This document shows positions 11,851 through 21,893 of a DNA stretch of 64,000 nucleotides, piece after piece. Below the pieces are notes generated by a model that searched no databases, was not told where the DNA came from, and saw only the letters and a list, made by a program, of their open reading frames with translations. A program made the translations under genes and the position numbers. Within the stretch, counting starts at the first letter, position 1. Every line of letters begins with the position of its first letter. The stretch lies in contig JBNKTL010000016.1 in assembly GCA_050298055.1 (NCBI GenBank), forward strand, positions 26,348-90,347, read 5' to 3'. The DNA comes from Spirochaetota bacterium (GTDB lineage: Bacteria > Spirochaetota > UBA4802 > UBA5550).

Positions 11851-12136
11851 CGATTTCTCCTCATTTTTCTATTGATCAGTCTGGAATGACAGGCTTCCTG
11901 ATTTTTTACATAAGTATGCCGAAATGACTTTTATATTTTATGAGTGCTTCGTGCACCCGTTAAGGAACATCAGAAAAAATATTTATTGATGTTCCCCTCT
12001 ATAAATAGAATCGGCACTATCAGGCTGCCATCCTCATCCTTTTTTTACATTATGCTCAATTAAATACCCGGTCCTTATCAGCCGGATACTCTGACAATTC
12101 ACTTAATTATCTTTAATACTGACATTATATAATCTA

Positions 12137-13474
12137 TTATGTTACTTGTTCTTTGACAAGTTCTTCAAGTGATACCGGTTTCATCTTCTTTATTTTAGCA
12201 TTATCGTAAAGAAAATCCAGTGTTTTTTCTATAATAATATCACTTTCCACACTGCCCCGGGAATTGTTCTCATTGATGATCTTCTCCAGATCCTCAACTG
12301 TATTATTGTTTCTCAAAGCCATTTTTTCGAGAAAAGCCCTGTAATCTTCATCCGAAACCTTTACCTCTTCAACTTTGGAGATTTCGCTGAGGCATACTGA
12401 AGTTTTTACTGATTGTTCCGCATCATCCTTCAGCTTTTTCTTATAATCATCGGGATTCATACCGATCATCAGGGCAAACGCATCTATGCTTTCGGCATTG
12501 GAGCCTATTCTCTCCTGTGTTCTCTGGAATAACCTGTACATCTCATTGAGAACCATGGTTGAAGGAATGTCAAACTTTGATCCTTCCACAATTGTCTTGA
12601 GTATTTCACCCCTTACGTCACTTTTAATTTTCTCATCAGCATAGTTTTCCAGACTTTCTCTGTTCTTTTTCATCATTTCTTCAAAAGTATCAAAACCTGC
12701 TTTTTGTGCGAATTCATCATTTCTTTCAGGGGGGATAATCCGGTTGATGGTGTTTATCATCACCAGGTATTTCACTTTCTGGCCGGCAAGATCTTTTACC
12801 TGGTAATCCTTCGGATACCTGACCTCAATCTCTTTCTCTTCATCCTTTTTCATTCCAGGCAGGTATTTATCAAGAGCATGTTCATCCTGGCTCTTCCCCG
12901 CAACCACCGTATAATCTTTATATTCGAGACTTTCCCTTTCCGATTCATCAATATTGTCGACCCGCTTCATCTTGAAATTAACCAGGTCTCCTTTTTCAAT
13001 GGCACCATCCTCCTTTCCTTCAACAGTGGAGTAGCGTTCACTTATGGTATCAATCTCCCGTTCAACATCGGCATCCGTGACTTTGCATGACTTTTCACTG
13101 GCAGAAACCTGCTTGTACTTACCCAGTTCAACAGTGGGATAAACTTCAAATGTCGCCTTAAACCTGAAGGGCTCATCTCTGCTGATATGTTCATAATTAT
13201 ACTTTGGTTCCGATATGGGTTGAAGCTCCTTCTCCCTGATGGCTTCCACTACCATACTTTTGGCAAGATTGCCGGCAACATTCTGGTCAGCGTATTCCCG
13301 GTACTTTTTTTCAATCATCTGAATAGGGGCCTTCCCCTTTCTGAATCCATCTATTTTTGCTGATTTTTTTACATCGTTAAATACTGCTTTATATTCCTCT
13401 TCAACATTTTCCAGGGGAACTTCAATCTCAAGTTCTACAACAGCATTTTCCAGTTTTTTTTCATTTAATACCAA
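12137..13474 (-). CDS. tig: Trigger factor
   Basis: IDGFRKGKAP ribosome-binding motif and FKBP-like middle region. Canonical tig-clpP-clpX-lon order. TTG start. Confidence 0.95.
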   Translation of the reverse strand: MVLNEKKLENAVVELEIEVPLENVEEEYKAVFNDVKKSAKIDGFRKGKAPIQMIEKKYREYADQNVAGNLAKSMVVEAIREKELQPISEPKYNYEHISRDEPFRFKATFEVYPTVELGKYKQVSASEKSCKVTDADVEREIDTISERYSTVEGKEDGAIEKGDLVNFKMKRVDNIDESERESLEYKDYTVVAGKSQDEHALDKYLPGMKKDEEKEIEVRYPKDYQVKDLAGQKVKYLVMINTINRIIPPERNDEFAQKAGFDTFEEMMKKNRESLENYADEKIKSDVRGEILKTIVEGSKFDIPSTMVLNEMYRLFQRTQERIGSNAESIDAFALMIGMNPDDYKKKLKDDAEQSVKTSVCLSEISKVEEVKVSDEDYRAFLEKMALRNNNTVEDLEKIINENNSRGSVESDIIIEKTLDFLYDNAKIKKMKPVSLEELVKEQVT

Positions 13475-13698
13475 TTTACTTACACCTCTTTTATGATTTT
13501 ATCCAGATTCATTTTTTCTTCTCTCGACGGGTCCTTGTGTTTTTTATATGATCTGTTCGAAGTCGGGAAATTTCTGCTGGTCTCACTTAATACAGAATAT
13601 TCAAACCATGTGAGAGTCAAACATTTTTTCGTAACATGAATCCCTTACGCGTATGGATAAAAAAAAGGCCACAGGATTTTCTCCGTGCAGCCTCTCTG

Positions 13699-13770
<72 letters not shown>

Positions 13771-13775
13771 ACTAT

Positions 13776-13857
13776 TGCGAGCGAAGGGAGTCGAACCCCC
13801 ACACCCGAAGGTACTAGATCCTAAGTCTAGCGTGTCTGCCAGTTCCACCACGCTCGC
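13776..13857 (-). tRNA. tRNA-Leu(TAG)
   Basis: Reverse complement GCGAGCGTGGTGGAACTGGCAGACACGCTAGACTTAGGATCTAGT...GGTTCGACTCCCTTCGCTCGCA, with a long variable arm. Confidence 0.97.
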
Positions 13858-14031
13858 TAAACTCATTTAGTGGAACCAAGTATTTTTGCAGAAGGAAATA
13901 GTTCAAGCAATTTTCTTTAAAAAAAGATACTTTTTTGATGTGTGCGAATTATTTTTCGGGCAAAATAATTCGCGTCCATTTCGATTCATCTTTCGCTTGA
14001 CCGTTTGCACATGTTAACCTCTAAGTGTTAC

Positions 14032-14781
14032 ATGGACCTGAAAGTTATCTATGAAGACAATCACATCCTGGCCGTTGAGAAACCCGCAGGAGTTCTCACC
14101 CAGGGCGACCATTCAGGTCAGATACCTCTCCTCCATGAGGCAAAGGAGTATATCCGATTCAAATACAATAAACCGGGAGATGTCTTTCTTGGCCCGGTCC
14201 ACAGGCTGGACAGGAACGTCTCCGGGATTCTTCTCTTTGCAAGGACCTCCAAGGCGGCCAGGAGACTCCACCGGCAGTTTCTCACCGGTAGTGTCAAAAA
14301 ATATTACCTGGCTGTTGTCAGCGGCACTCCTTCACTTCCCATTAAACAACAGGAATGGATTGAACTGGTCCATCACCTGAGGAAACAGAGAGGTTTTACA
14401 GAGGTTTTCACCATTAAAACAGGGAATTCACAGGAAGGAAGATTGAAATTTATGGAGATTGCGGAGAATGGCGGGCAACGACTTCTTCTGGTCAGGCTGA
14501 TAACAGGCAGGAAACACCAGGTGAGGGCCCAGCTTTCTTCCATTGGTCTGCCCGTAGCAGGAGATACGAAGTACGGGTCCCGGGACGAATTCCCCCATGA
14601 GAGGATCTGCCTTCATTCTCTGGCTCTCTCATTCAAACACCCGGTAAAGGATGTCTGCCTGGAACTCTTCTCCCATATCCCGGATCTCTTTCTGAGCAGG
14701 GGATTTAATGAAAAAGAAATTATGAAAAGAACCAGGGAGCTGATATCCGAAGAGATCCGGGGAGAAAAGACATTGACATAA
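14032..14781 (+). CDS. RluA-family RNA pseudouridine synthase
   Basis: VEKPAGV, catalytic VHRLDRNVSG, TGRKHQVR and PVAGDTKYG. Confidence 0.93.
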   Translation: MDLKVIYEDNHILAVEKPAGVLTQGDHSGQIPLLHEAKEYIRFKYNKPGDVFLGPVHRLDRNVSGILLFARTSKAARRLHRQFLTGSVKKYYLAVVSGTPSLPIKQQEWIELVHHLRKQRGFTEVFTIKTGNSQEGRLKFMEIAENGGQRLLLVRLITGRKHQVRAQLSSIGLPVAGDTKYGSRDEFPHERICLHSLALSFKHPVKDVCLELFSHIPDLFLSRGFNEKEIMKRTRELISEEIRGEKTLT

Positions 14782-14868
14782 TTGCCGGTTTAAAATTCTG
14801 ATAACCTCTAGTACTTCGACTACGTGATTTTAAACTAATCATGGTTGGTTAACTGCTGGAGCATATTC

Positions 14869-15981
14869 ATGTACAGAAAAACCTATGCTGAGATAGACCT
14901 CGGGGCAATTGCAGACAATCTCAGGGCATTCAGAGAATTTACAGGGGGCGGTACCAGGATACTTCTGCCCGTTAAGGCAAATGCCTACGGACATGGAATC
15001 ATTGAAGTTTCAACATATGTGGAAGAGACAGGCACCGCGGATATTCTTGGCATAAGTTCACCTGATGAGGCAAAAATACTCCGGGAGGCCGGCATAACCC
15101 TCCCCCTTCTGAACATGGGAGTGATACTGCCTGCAGAAGACCAGGTTAAAGCAGTCCTCGACTATTCTATTACTCAGACTGTTGCAGATTACAGGATAGC
15201 AGAAATGATATCGGAAGAAGCTGCAGGTTCAGGTAAAGAAGCCTTGATTCATGTTAAGATTGATACCGGGATGGGCAGAATCGGGTGCAGTGCCGATGAT
15301 ACTGTTACTCTCATACAGCGAATAATGGCCCTGGACAATATTAACCTGGAAGGTATTTATACACACTTTCCCGTTGCAGATGAGCCAGAAAGAGATATGA
15401 GCAGGCAGCAGATCCGCAGGTTCAGGGAGATTATCCATGAACTTGTCAGACTGAAAATCGAGATCCCCCTGAAGCATATATCACACAGTGCAGGTACCAT
15501 GAATTTTTCCCATGATCTCTTTGATATGATTCGACCGGGCATCATGTCTTACGGCTACCAGCCATTATACGGAATGAAATCCGAAATAATGGTTACACCG
15601 GCCATGACTTTAAAAAGCTGCATAGTGTTTACCAAACGGGTAAAAAAAGGGACCGGCCTCTCCTATGGATTGACATATTTCACAAAAACCGATTCGAATA
15701 TTGCCACTGTAGCAATCGGGTATGGAGACGGATACAACAGGGCTCTCTCAAACAGGGCAAAAGTCATCATCCGGGAAAAAGAATACCCTGTTGTGGGCAG
15801 GGTGACCATGGACCAGATCCTTGTCAACCTTGGAGATGATAGTTACGAAACAGGAGAGGAGGTGATACTTTTCGGCAAGGAGAAGATTACAGCTGATGAT
15901 ATCGCTCATATCTATGATACAATCTCATACGAAGTTACCTGCCAGATCACATCACGTGTCCCCCGGATTTATATAAGATAG
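14869..15981 (+). CDS. alr: Alanine racemase
   Basis: PVKANAYGHG PLP-lysine motif, HVKIDTGMGRIG, GYGDG and GRVTMDQ. Confidence 0.96.
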   Translation: MYRKTYAEIDLGAIADNLRAFREFTGGGTRILLPVKANAYGHGIIEVSTYVEETGTADILGISSPDEAKILREAGITLPLLNMGVILPAEDQVKAVLDYSITQTVADYRIAEMISEEAAGSGKEALIHVKIDTGMGRIGCSADDTVTLIQRIMALDNINLEGIYTHFPVADEPERDMSRQQIRRFREIIHELVRLKIEIPLKHISHSAGTMNFSHDLFDMIRPGIMSYGYQPLYGMKSEIMVTPAMTLKSCIVFTKRVKKGTGLSYGLTYFTKTDSNIATVAIGYGDGYNRALSNRAKVIIREKEYPVVGRVTMDQILVNLGDDSYETGEEVILFGKEKITADDIAHIYDTISYEVTCQITSRVPRIYIR

Positions 15982-16119
15982 TTGTAAGTACACATTTTTC
16001 AATAGTGCCATTTTTGACAACAAAACGGGTAACAACCATTATTTTCAAATATGCCCTTTATTTGCCTAAATCGGGCTTGACATAAATATTTTATGATAAT
16101 ATGTATCCAGCAATCAACA

Positions 16120-16213
16120 CTAGTGCCGAGCCCGCGTGATTTTGCACCAATAAGATTTTGTAACAGTCGTTACATTTTGAAATGAGTTAAAAATCACGCA
16201 GTCGAAGTACCGG
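16120..16213. repeat. Short element with imperfect terminal inverted repeats; one end recurs at 14811-14836
   Basis: GCGTGATTTT...AAAATCACGC inverted repeat with an inner TGTAAC-N4-GTTACA. The reverse complement of 16185-16210 matches 14811-14836 at 24/26. Confidence 0.6.
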
Positions 16214-16283
16214 ATGAGTATCAATTCTCAAAATGATGTAATTTACTTTTTTTTATAATAAAGAACTTTCAAAGGTTTACACT

Positions 16284-17219
16284 ATGCCAGATGATGATTT
16301 TTCATCCCTTTTTGATGATGACGATAATATTTCTTCCCCTCCCGGGGAATCTGAAAAGGGCTTTTCCTCCCTGGACGATGAACTCAGCTCATTTATGGGA
16401 GAAGATGATAAGGCAGCTCCCCAAAAAACAGATTTGAATAAAAAGCTCTACGATGAAGTTGGTGATGAAGGAATTCATAAAACCGACAAAGTCAAGGTGG
16501 AAATACCTCCTGAAAAAAGAAGGTCATCTCAGGATTTCGAACCTGATATGGATGCTCTTCTCATTACTGCTCAGTCCCCCCTGATACTGGAAGGGATGAA
16601 ATGTCTTTCTGCCCGAAATTTTTCATCAAGCACACACCAGGTCTATTCCGAAGCGATTAAGGGGATAGATCTCTATATAAAGATACTGAACAGAAACCCA
16701 AACAACTATAAAAAACTGTCACAGATAATCAATCAGGACATAGACTGCAAGGAGGTTGAAAAAATGGCTTTTAACCTCTATACCATGACATATAACGACG
16801 GGCCTGTCACCGATGACCAGAAAGTTGTTGCCTTTGAAATACTCAGAGAGGGCCTGAACAACGGTCTGAAAAAAGTTTACATCAGTAAATCCATGATATA
16901 TATAAAAAAGTTTTTTCTCCAGTCAGGAAGCCTTGACGAATACCAGATCACGCAGCTTTATCAGAAAAACGATGCGCAGTTGAAGCGGGACATATCCGAT
17001 ATTAACCAGCTTCTGAAATATGCCATCAAACTTATTAAATCGGGAAAAGGGGAAATCGCCAAGGGAGTTAAGGGAAAGGACCTGAATATCTATATCATTA
17101 AGGCAAGTGAGATCCTCTACTATTATTGTAATATTTCGGGGAAGCTGCAGGAAGCCAAATACTTTAAACGTATCATGGAAACCCACAAGAACTATTTTGT
17201 CATAAGAGAAGACTCATAA
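16284..17219 (+). CDS. Hypothetical protein with acidic low-complexity N-terminus
   Basis: 311-aa ORF with a D/S-rich N-terminus and a helical-looking C-terminal part. No motif recognised. Confidence 0.75.
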   Translation: MPDDDFSSLFDDDDNISSPPGESEKGFSSLDDELSSFMGEDDKAAPQKTDLNKKLYDEVGDEGIHKTDKVKVEIPPEKRRSSQDFEPDMDALLITAQSPLILEGMKCLSARNFSSSTHQVYSEAIKGIDLYIKILNRNPNNYKKLSQIINQDIDCKEVEKMAFNLYTMTYNDGPVTDDQKVVAFEILREGLNNGLKKVYISKSMIYIKKFFLQSGSLDEYQITQLYQKNDAQLKRDISDINQLLKYAIKLIKSGKGEIAKGVKGKDLNIYIIKASEILYYYCNISGKLQEAKYFKRIMETHKNYFVIREDS

Positions 17220-18362
17220 AAGCGATTCAACCGCGTCAAAGATAACCGCATCAGCAAGGAGAATACCCCTCTCTGTAAGTTGTATCTGATGCTCACCGGT
17301 TCCTTTCTTTATCCTTACAAGGCCGTCTCTTTCAAGCTTATGAAATTTTTCGGAGACTTTTTCGGGGAGTCCAAATCCCGTCAACTTCTTCATCTTCTCC
17401 AGTGAAAAACCTTCTCTCAACCTGAGGCCTGTGAGGATATACTCAACCAGGGGAGCATATCCGCTCCTTACATCTTCTCCCAGTTCCAGGTCCACCGATT
17501 CAAGGTATTTTCCAATACTCATCCTGTTTATATATCTCCGGTTACGGATAAATGAATGTGCTCCGGGCCCTAAACCGATATATGGCTGAAATGTCCAGTA
17601 TTTCATGTTGTGTCGTGACGCGAACCCTTTGAGGGAGAAATTGGATATCTCGTAGTGGATATAGCTCTTCTCATTGAGATACTTCATTGCGGTTTCAAAT
17701 AAATCCCGTTGCAGTTCCTGGAAGGTGTCATCCGGATCAATCTTTTTATAAAGGGGGGTCTTTTTATCAAGAGTAAGGAGATAGACAGAGATGTGTTCCG
17801 GATTATACGATGTAATGGTTTCGAGATCTTCAGAGAGTTCCTCGGTACTCTGGCCGGGTATTCCGGTTATGAGGTCAAGGGAGTGGATTATCCCTTTTAC
17901 TCTGAAAAATTCATCAAGATGCTCTCTCTGTACCGGGTCTCCGCGTCTTCCGATCACCCGGTGGAGCCTCCTGTTTAACGTCTGCACGCCCAGTACTACC
18001 CTGTTAACACCTGCATCCCTGTATCCGTCAATTTTCCTTTTCGTTGCATCAGCGGGATTTACTTCAATTGTAATCTCAGAATCATCCGCAATCCTGAAAT
18101 TTCTTCTCAGGCTCTCAATGATACCGGATATTTCCACCGGTTCCAGAAGTGACGGCGTCCCTCCCCCAAAATAGACGGTATCAACCTCCACGTCACCGAA
18201 TCTCCGGAACCACCAGGACGCCTCATCTTTCAGCCTCCGGGTATACTTCCTCACAACATCTTCCTGTGAATTGTCAAATACTGAGAGAGGATAAGACCTG
18301 AAGCTGCAGTAATCACACTTCTCCCTGCAGAAAGGGATGTGCAGATAAAGACCGGTTTTCAT
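17214..18362 (-). CDS. hemW: Radical SAM heme chaperone HemW (HemN-like)
   Basis: LYLHIPFCREKCDYCSF, YFGGGTPS, YEISNF and the HemW-type HNMKYW. Confidence 0.9.
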   Translation of the reverse strand: MKTGLYLHIPFCREKCDYCSFRSYPLSVFDNSQEDVVRKYTRRLKDEASWWFRRFGDVEVDTVYFGGGTPSLLEPVEISGIIESLRRNFRIADDSEITIEVNPADATKRKIDGYRDAGVNRVVLGVQTLNRRLHRVIGRRGDPVQREHLDEFFRVKGIIHSLDLITGIPGQSTEELSEDLETITSYNPEHISVYLLTLDKKTPLYKKIDPDDTFQELQRDLFETAMKYLNEKSYIHYEISNFSLKGFASRHNMKYWTFQPYIGLGPGAHSFIRNRRYINRMSIGKYLESVDLELGEDVRSGYAPLVEYILTGLRLREGFSLEKMKKLTGFGLPEKVSEKFHKLERDGLVRIKKGTGEHQIQLTERGILLADAVIFDAVESLL

Positions 18363-18363
18363 T

Positions 18364-20016
18364 TCATCTTTTCAATCCAAGTTGCAGACTGCTCTTTGTC
18401 AGCGGAATAAAATTGCCGTTCAGACATTGGGCAAGCTGTTTTATGGACTCATCGGTATTGGAGAAAGATATAAGCATATTTTCCGCAAGTCCGGAACGTG
18501 CCACCGGAAAGGGATTACCGCTGGAAAGGACAAGCAGTTCAAGACGGTTTTTTGCGCTGTATTCTTTCAGAGCTTTAAGTTCTTTGATGTCCGGCTTCAG
18601 CCTGTTTATATGGTATAAAATGGTAACCCGTCCCTTCATCCTGCCCACTGAAATTCCCCGAATAAGTTCTGAGGCACTTTTAAGGAAAATATCCCCGCTC
18701 TTCGGTTTAATGTTCTTTTTAAGAAGTTTGCTCCCTCTGATAAAGATTCTTCTCTGATTTTTTCCGTTTATGAGCCCGGTCTCTTTTCCGGTGAAAAAGA
18801 TGGCCCCCCGGGAGATCTCCCTGTTCAGGGCCTCTGCGTGTTCAAGGATCCGCCTTTCACTTTTTGTGAAATAGAACCTCCCGGGAGTGACTTTTCTGTT
18901 AATAAATGAGATGATATTGTACCTGAGCTTCATGTTGATAATTCTTTTTACCGATTCATCAACTCTCTTCATCTCTATTTTCCCGCTCTTAATGCTCTTA
19001 TAAAGTGAATTGTAAATCCCAGCTGTGTTCTTTCCGAATGTACTGATGAGGATAATATCAGCCCCGGCACTGAAAGATTTCACTGCAGCTTCACCGATAT
19101 TCATTTTTTTTGATATGGCCTTCATCTCAAGGTCATCGGTAAAGATCACACCGTTGAATTTCATCTCACTTCTCAGGATGCCGGTGAGGAATCTCTTCGA
19201 GAGGGTTGCAGGTTCACTGCTTTTTAAAATACCAGGGTATGATATATGGGCCGTCATCATGCATTCTACGCCGCTGCCAATTGCCTTTTTAAAGGGGATA
19301 AATTCAAGCTTCCGGAGCCTCTCCAGCGAATGCCTGATGACCGGAAGAGTCAGGTGAGAGTCCTTATTGGTATCACCATGTCCGGGAAAGTGTTTCCCTA
19401 CGGCGATGCAGAGAGATGATTGGAGTCCCCTGATATAGCTGCTCCCCTGTTTCGCCACGAGAAGGGGGTCTGATCCGAATGACCTGAGGTTTATCACAGG
19501 ATTATCAGGGTTATTGTTTACGTCAAGGACAGGTGCCAGGTTCATATTGATACCCAGATCCCTGAGCTGCAGGCCGAGAATCTTTGCCATTTCATAGGTT
19601 TTCTCACTCCTGTTATAAATGCCTGCTGCCATGTTTCCCGGGAACTGCGTCACTTCGCTTTCAATCCTTTTTACCCTCCCCCCCTCCTGGTCAATTGAAA
19701 CGAAAAGGGGAATGCCTGAATTCCCCATGGATATTGACTGCATTTCATTGATATATTTTTTTACCCTGCTCCCCTTGTCAAGGTTGTAACCAAAAAGAAT
19801 AACCCCGCCGGGCCGGTACTCAGAGATAATTTTTTCGGTTTTTCTGTTCATCTTTTTTCCCGGTATGGCAACCATGATAAGCTGCCCCACTTTATCCTTG
19901 AGGTCCATTTTTTTCAGGATATGTTCGGCCTCCTCCTTTTCGATGTTGATTTTACAGGAGATGTTTGATGTAATTAACAAAAGTACGGAAAGAGAAAATA
20001 TTTTAAATTGTTTCAT
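18364..20016 (-). CDS. nagZ: GH3 beta-N-acetylhexosaminidase (probable lipoprotein)
   Basis: SIDQEGGRV, APVLDV, KHFPGHGDT..DSH and FTDDLEM, with an N-terminal signal peptide containing Cys. Confidence 0.9.
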   Translation of the reverse strand: MKQFKIFSLSVLLLITSNISCKINIEKEEAEHILKKMDLKDKVGQLIMVAIPGKKMNRKTEKIISEYRPGGVILFGYNLDKGSRVKKYINEMQSISMGNSGIPLFVSIDQEGGRVKRIESEVTQFPGNMAAGIYNRSEKTYEMAKILGLQLRDLGINMNLAPVLDVNNNPDNPVINLRSFGSDPLLVAKQGSSYIRGLQSSLCIAVGKHFPGHGDTNKDSHLTLPVIRHSLERLRKLEFIPFKKAIGSGVECMMTAHISYPGILKSSEPATLSKRFLTGILRSEMKFNGVIFTDDLEMKAISKKMNIGEAAVKSFSAGADIILISTFGKNTAGIYNSLYKSIKSGKIEMKRVDESVKRIINMKLRYNIISFINRKVTPGRFYFTKSERRILEHAEALNREISRGAIFFTGKETGLINGKNQRRIFIRGSKLLKKNIKPKSGDIFLKSASELIRGISVGRMKGRVTILYHINRLKPDIKELKALKEYSAKNRLELLVLSSGNPFPVARSGLAENMLISFSNTDESIKQLAQCLNGNFIPLTKSSLQLGLKR

Positions 20017-20052
20017 ATATAATCCTTAAGTTGAGTTATTCGTTGCCAGTTA

Positions 20053-20259
20053 AAAAGTTTTGAGTTAAAGTCATCATGAGGAGCAGCGCGACGCAATGAT
20101 CTGTTTATTCAATAAAAAATGTTTCTCTCAATACCGGGGATTTCATAAACAGACAGCTTCGCATTGCTCGTTAAAACAATAACAATCCGGAACAGATAGC
20201 CACGCTGCGCTCGCTATGACAATAATCCGAAGCCCAGGACTTCTTTACTCGCAACTTTT
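20053..20259. repeat. Degenerate nested palindromic element (GTCAT..GAGGAGC..GCGACG..ATC / GAT.GCCACGCTGCGCTCGC.ATGAC type)
   Basis: Left half at 20070-20106 and two tandem right halves at 20148-20190 and 20191-20230. Outer imperfect IR AAAAGTTTTGAGTTAAAG / CTTTACTCGCAACTTTT. Confidence 0.6.
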
Positions 20260-20343
20260 CTCCATAAATCTATTAGATCAAGTCTTTTATAGGGATCCGT
20301 GATAATTAAATTTTATCCTTAATAATAAACAACCTGTTTCCTG

Positions 20344-20443
20344 AAATATCAACAATATATCCCCGCCGCCGAAGGCGGCGGGGATATATCAGTTATCTTT
20401 TTTAATGGATATGATTATTCATATCATATAGCTGTGTAGTTAC
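20344..20443 (+). repeat. ~140-bp MITE/REP-like element copy 1 (left end degenerate)
   Basis: Perfect 16-bp stem ATATATCCCCGCCGCC-GAA-GGCGGCGGGGATATAT (20355-20389) and right end ATAGCTGTGTAGTTAC. Confidence 0.9.
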
Positions 20444-20568
20444 AAAAATAATTTATAAATGTTATTTATGAAATATTTATCTCTTTTAATAATTTCACCT
20501 TGATTTTTACGCTTAATTATCCAACTATAGTCAAGAACATTCTCGTTCAATGGCGGTTGTATAAAAAT

Positions 20569-21342
20569 ATGAAACCTTATAAATCTAAAAAAGCATTTGA
20601 AAATCATGAATTCCTCAATTCAAGGGAAGCAAGAACATTGAGAATCCTCAGTGAATACCTTGAACCAGAAAAACGATTTAAAGAACTGGATATAAAGCAT
20701 ACCGTTGTTTTTTTCGGATCAGCCCGTTTTAAACGGGATGAAGATGGGAGCGGGACATCAAAATATTACAGGGCAGCTGAACAATTTGCCGGGAAACTGG
20801 CAAATCTGAACAGGGAAATAAAAGAAGAAACCGGAAACACTTTTTATATCTGCACCGGCGGAGGACCGGGTATCATGGAAGCGGCAAACAGGGGTGCTTC
20901 GGAAGCAGGGGAACCGACCATAGGGCTTAACATTGAACTCCCCTTTGAACAGTTTTCTAATCCCTATATAACCAATGTACTGAATTTTGATTTTCACTAC
21001 TTTTTCATGAGAAAACTCTGGTTTTTGTTTCATGCCAAAGCGGTTGTTATTTTCCCGGGCGGTTTTGGCACAATGGATGAACTTTTTGAAACACTGACAC
21101 TGGTGCAGACAAAAAAAATGGAAAAACTCGACATACCCATTATGCTCTATGACAGGGAATTCTGGGAAGACCTGATAAATTTTAAAAAATTTGTTGATAT
21201 GGGTCTTATATCGCCGGAAGATATCGATCTTATGCATTTTTTTACTGATATCGACGAAGGAATTGAATATCTTAAGCCGAGGCTTATATCCAACATGATG
21301 AATCTTGACAATATACTCACCCGAAGGAAAATCCAGTTTTAA
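20569..21342 (+). CDS. LOG/SLOG family protein (TIGR00730-like)
   Basis: VFFGSAR, TGGGPGIMEAANRGA, GLNIELPFEQ, FFMRK and PGGFGTMDE. Confidence 0.92.
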   Translation: MKPYKSKKAFENHEFLNSREARTLRILSEYLEPEKRFKELDIKHTVVFFGSARFKRDEDGSGTSKYYRAAEQFAGKLANLNREIKEETGNTFYICTGGGPGIMEAANRGASEAGEPTIGLNIELPFEQFSNPYITNVLNFDFHYFFMRKLWFLFHAKAVVIFPGGFGTMDELFETLTLVQTKKMEKLDIPIMLYDREFWEDLINFKKFVDMGLISPEDIDLMHFFTDIDEGIEYLKPRLISNMMNLDNILTRRKIQF

Positions 21343-21344
21343 TC

Positions 21345-21857
21345 ATGAACAGAATAATAATAACATCTTTTATGGCTATCCTGCTGATTTCTGCGGAAGT
21401 TTTTCCTCTCACAGACTTCGTGAACTACAATAACAGCAGGTTTAACTACAGCTTTAACTATCCCGGAACATGGGAAAAAAAAGAAATTGACCTTGTCTAT
21501 AAACATCTTTTAACAATTTCTCTGGATAACTATACTGAGATTAAAGTTACGGCCTCAGAAGCTGATGACGAAGAAAAAGAAAAATGGCAAAGCATCGGGG
21601 AATGGTATTCAAAAGGAACCGGCTCAAAGATGAGGCTGATACTGGAGAAGAAGAATTTTAAACTGAACAAAAACATTGTTTCCCGGCTGCTGGTTTTCCA
21701 GTACCATCTTGATAAAAGAAAGATGCTGAAAAGGATGACTATCACCGACACGGGAAGGAGCATTATCGTCATAGAATGTTCCGCTCCTGTAAAAACTTTT
21801 TACAAATATGACAGCTTATTTAATGCGGTCCTGAGAAGTATCAGGATAAATCCCTGA
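21345..21857 (+). CDS. Exported protein, PsbP/Mog1-like fold possible
   Basis: Signal peptide, FNYSFNYPGTW, and C-terminal F..VLRSIRI pattern. Confidence 0.6.
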   Translation: MNRIIITSFMAILLISAEVFPLTDFVNYNNSRFNYSFNYPGTWEKKEIDLVYKHLLTISLDNYTEIKVTASEADDEEKEKWQSIGEWYSKGTGSKMRLILEKKNFKLNKNIVSRLLVFQYHLDKRKMLKRMTITDTGRSIIVIECSAPVKTFYKYDSLFNAVLRSIRINP

Positions 21858-21893
21858 TTGGGCTCATTAAATTCAAACCTCTTCTATTACACA

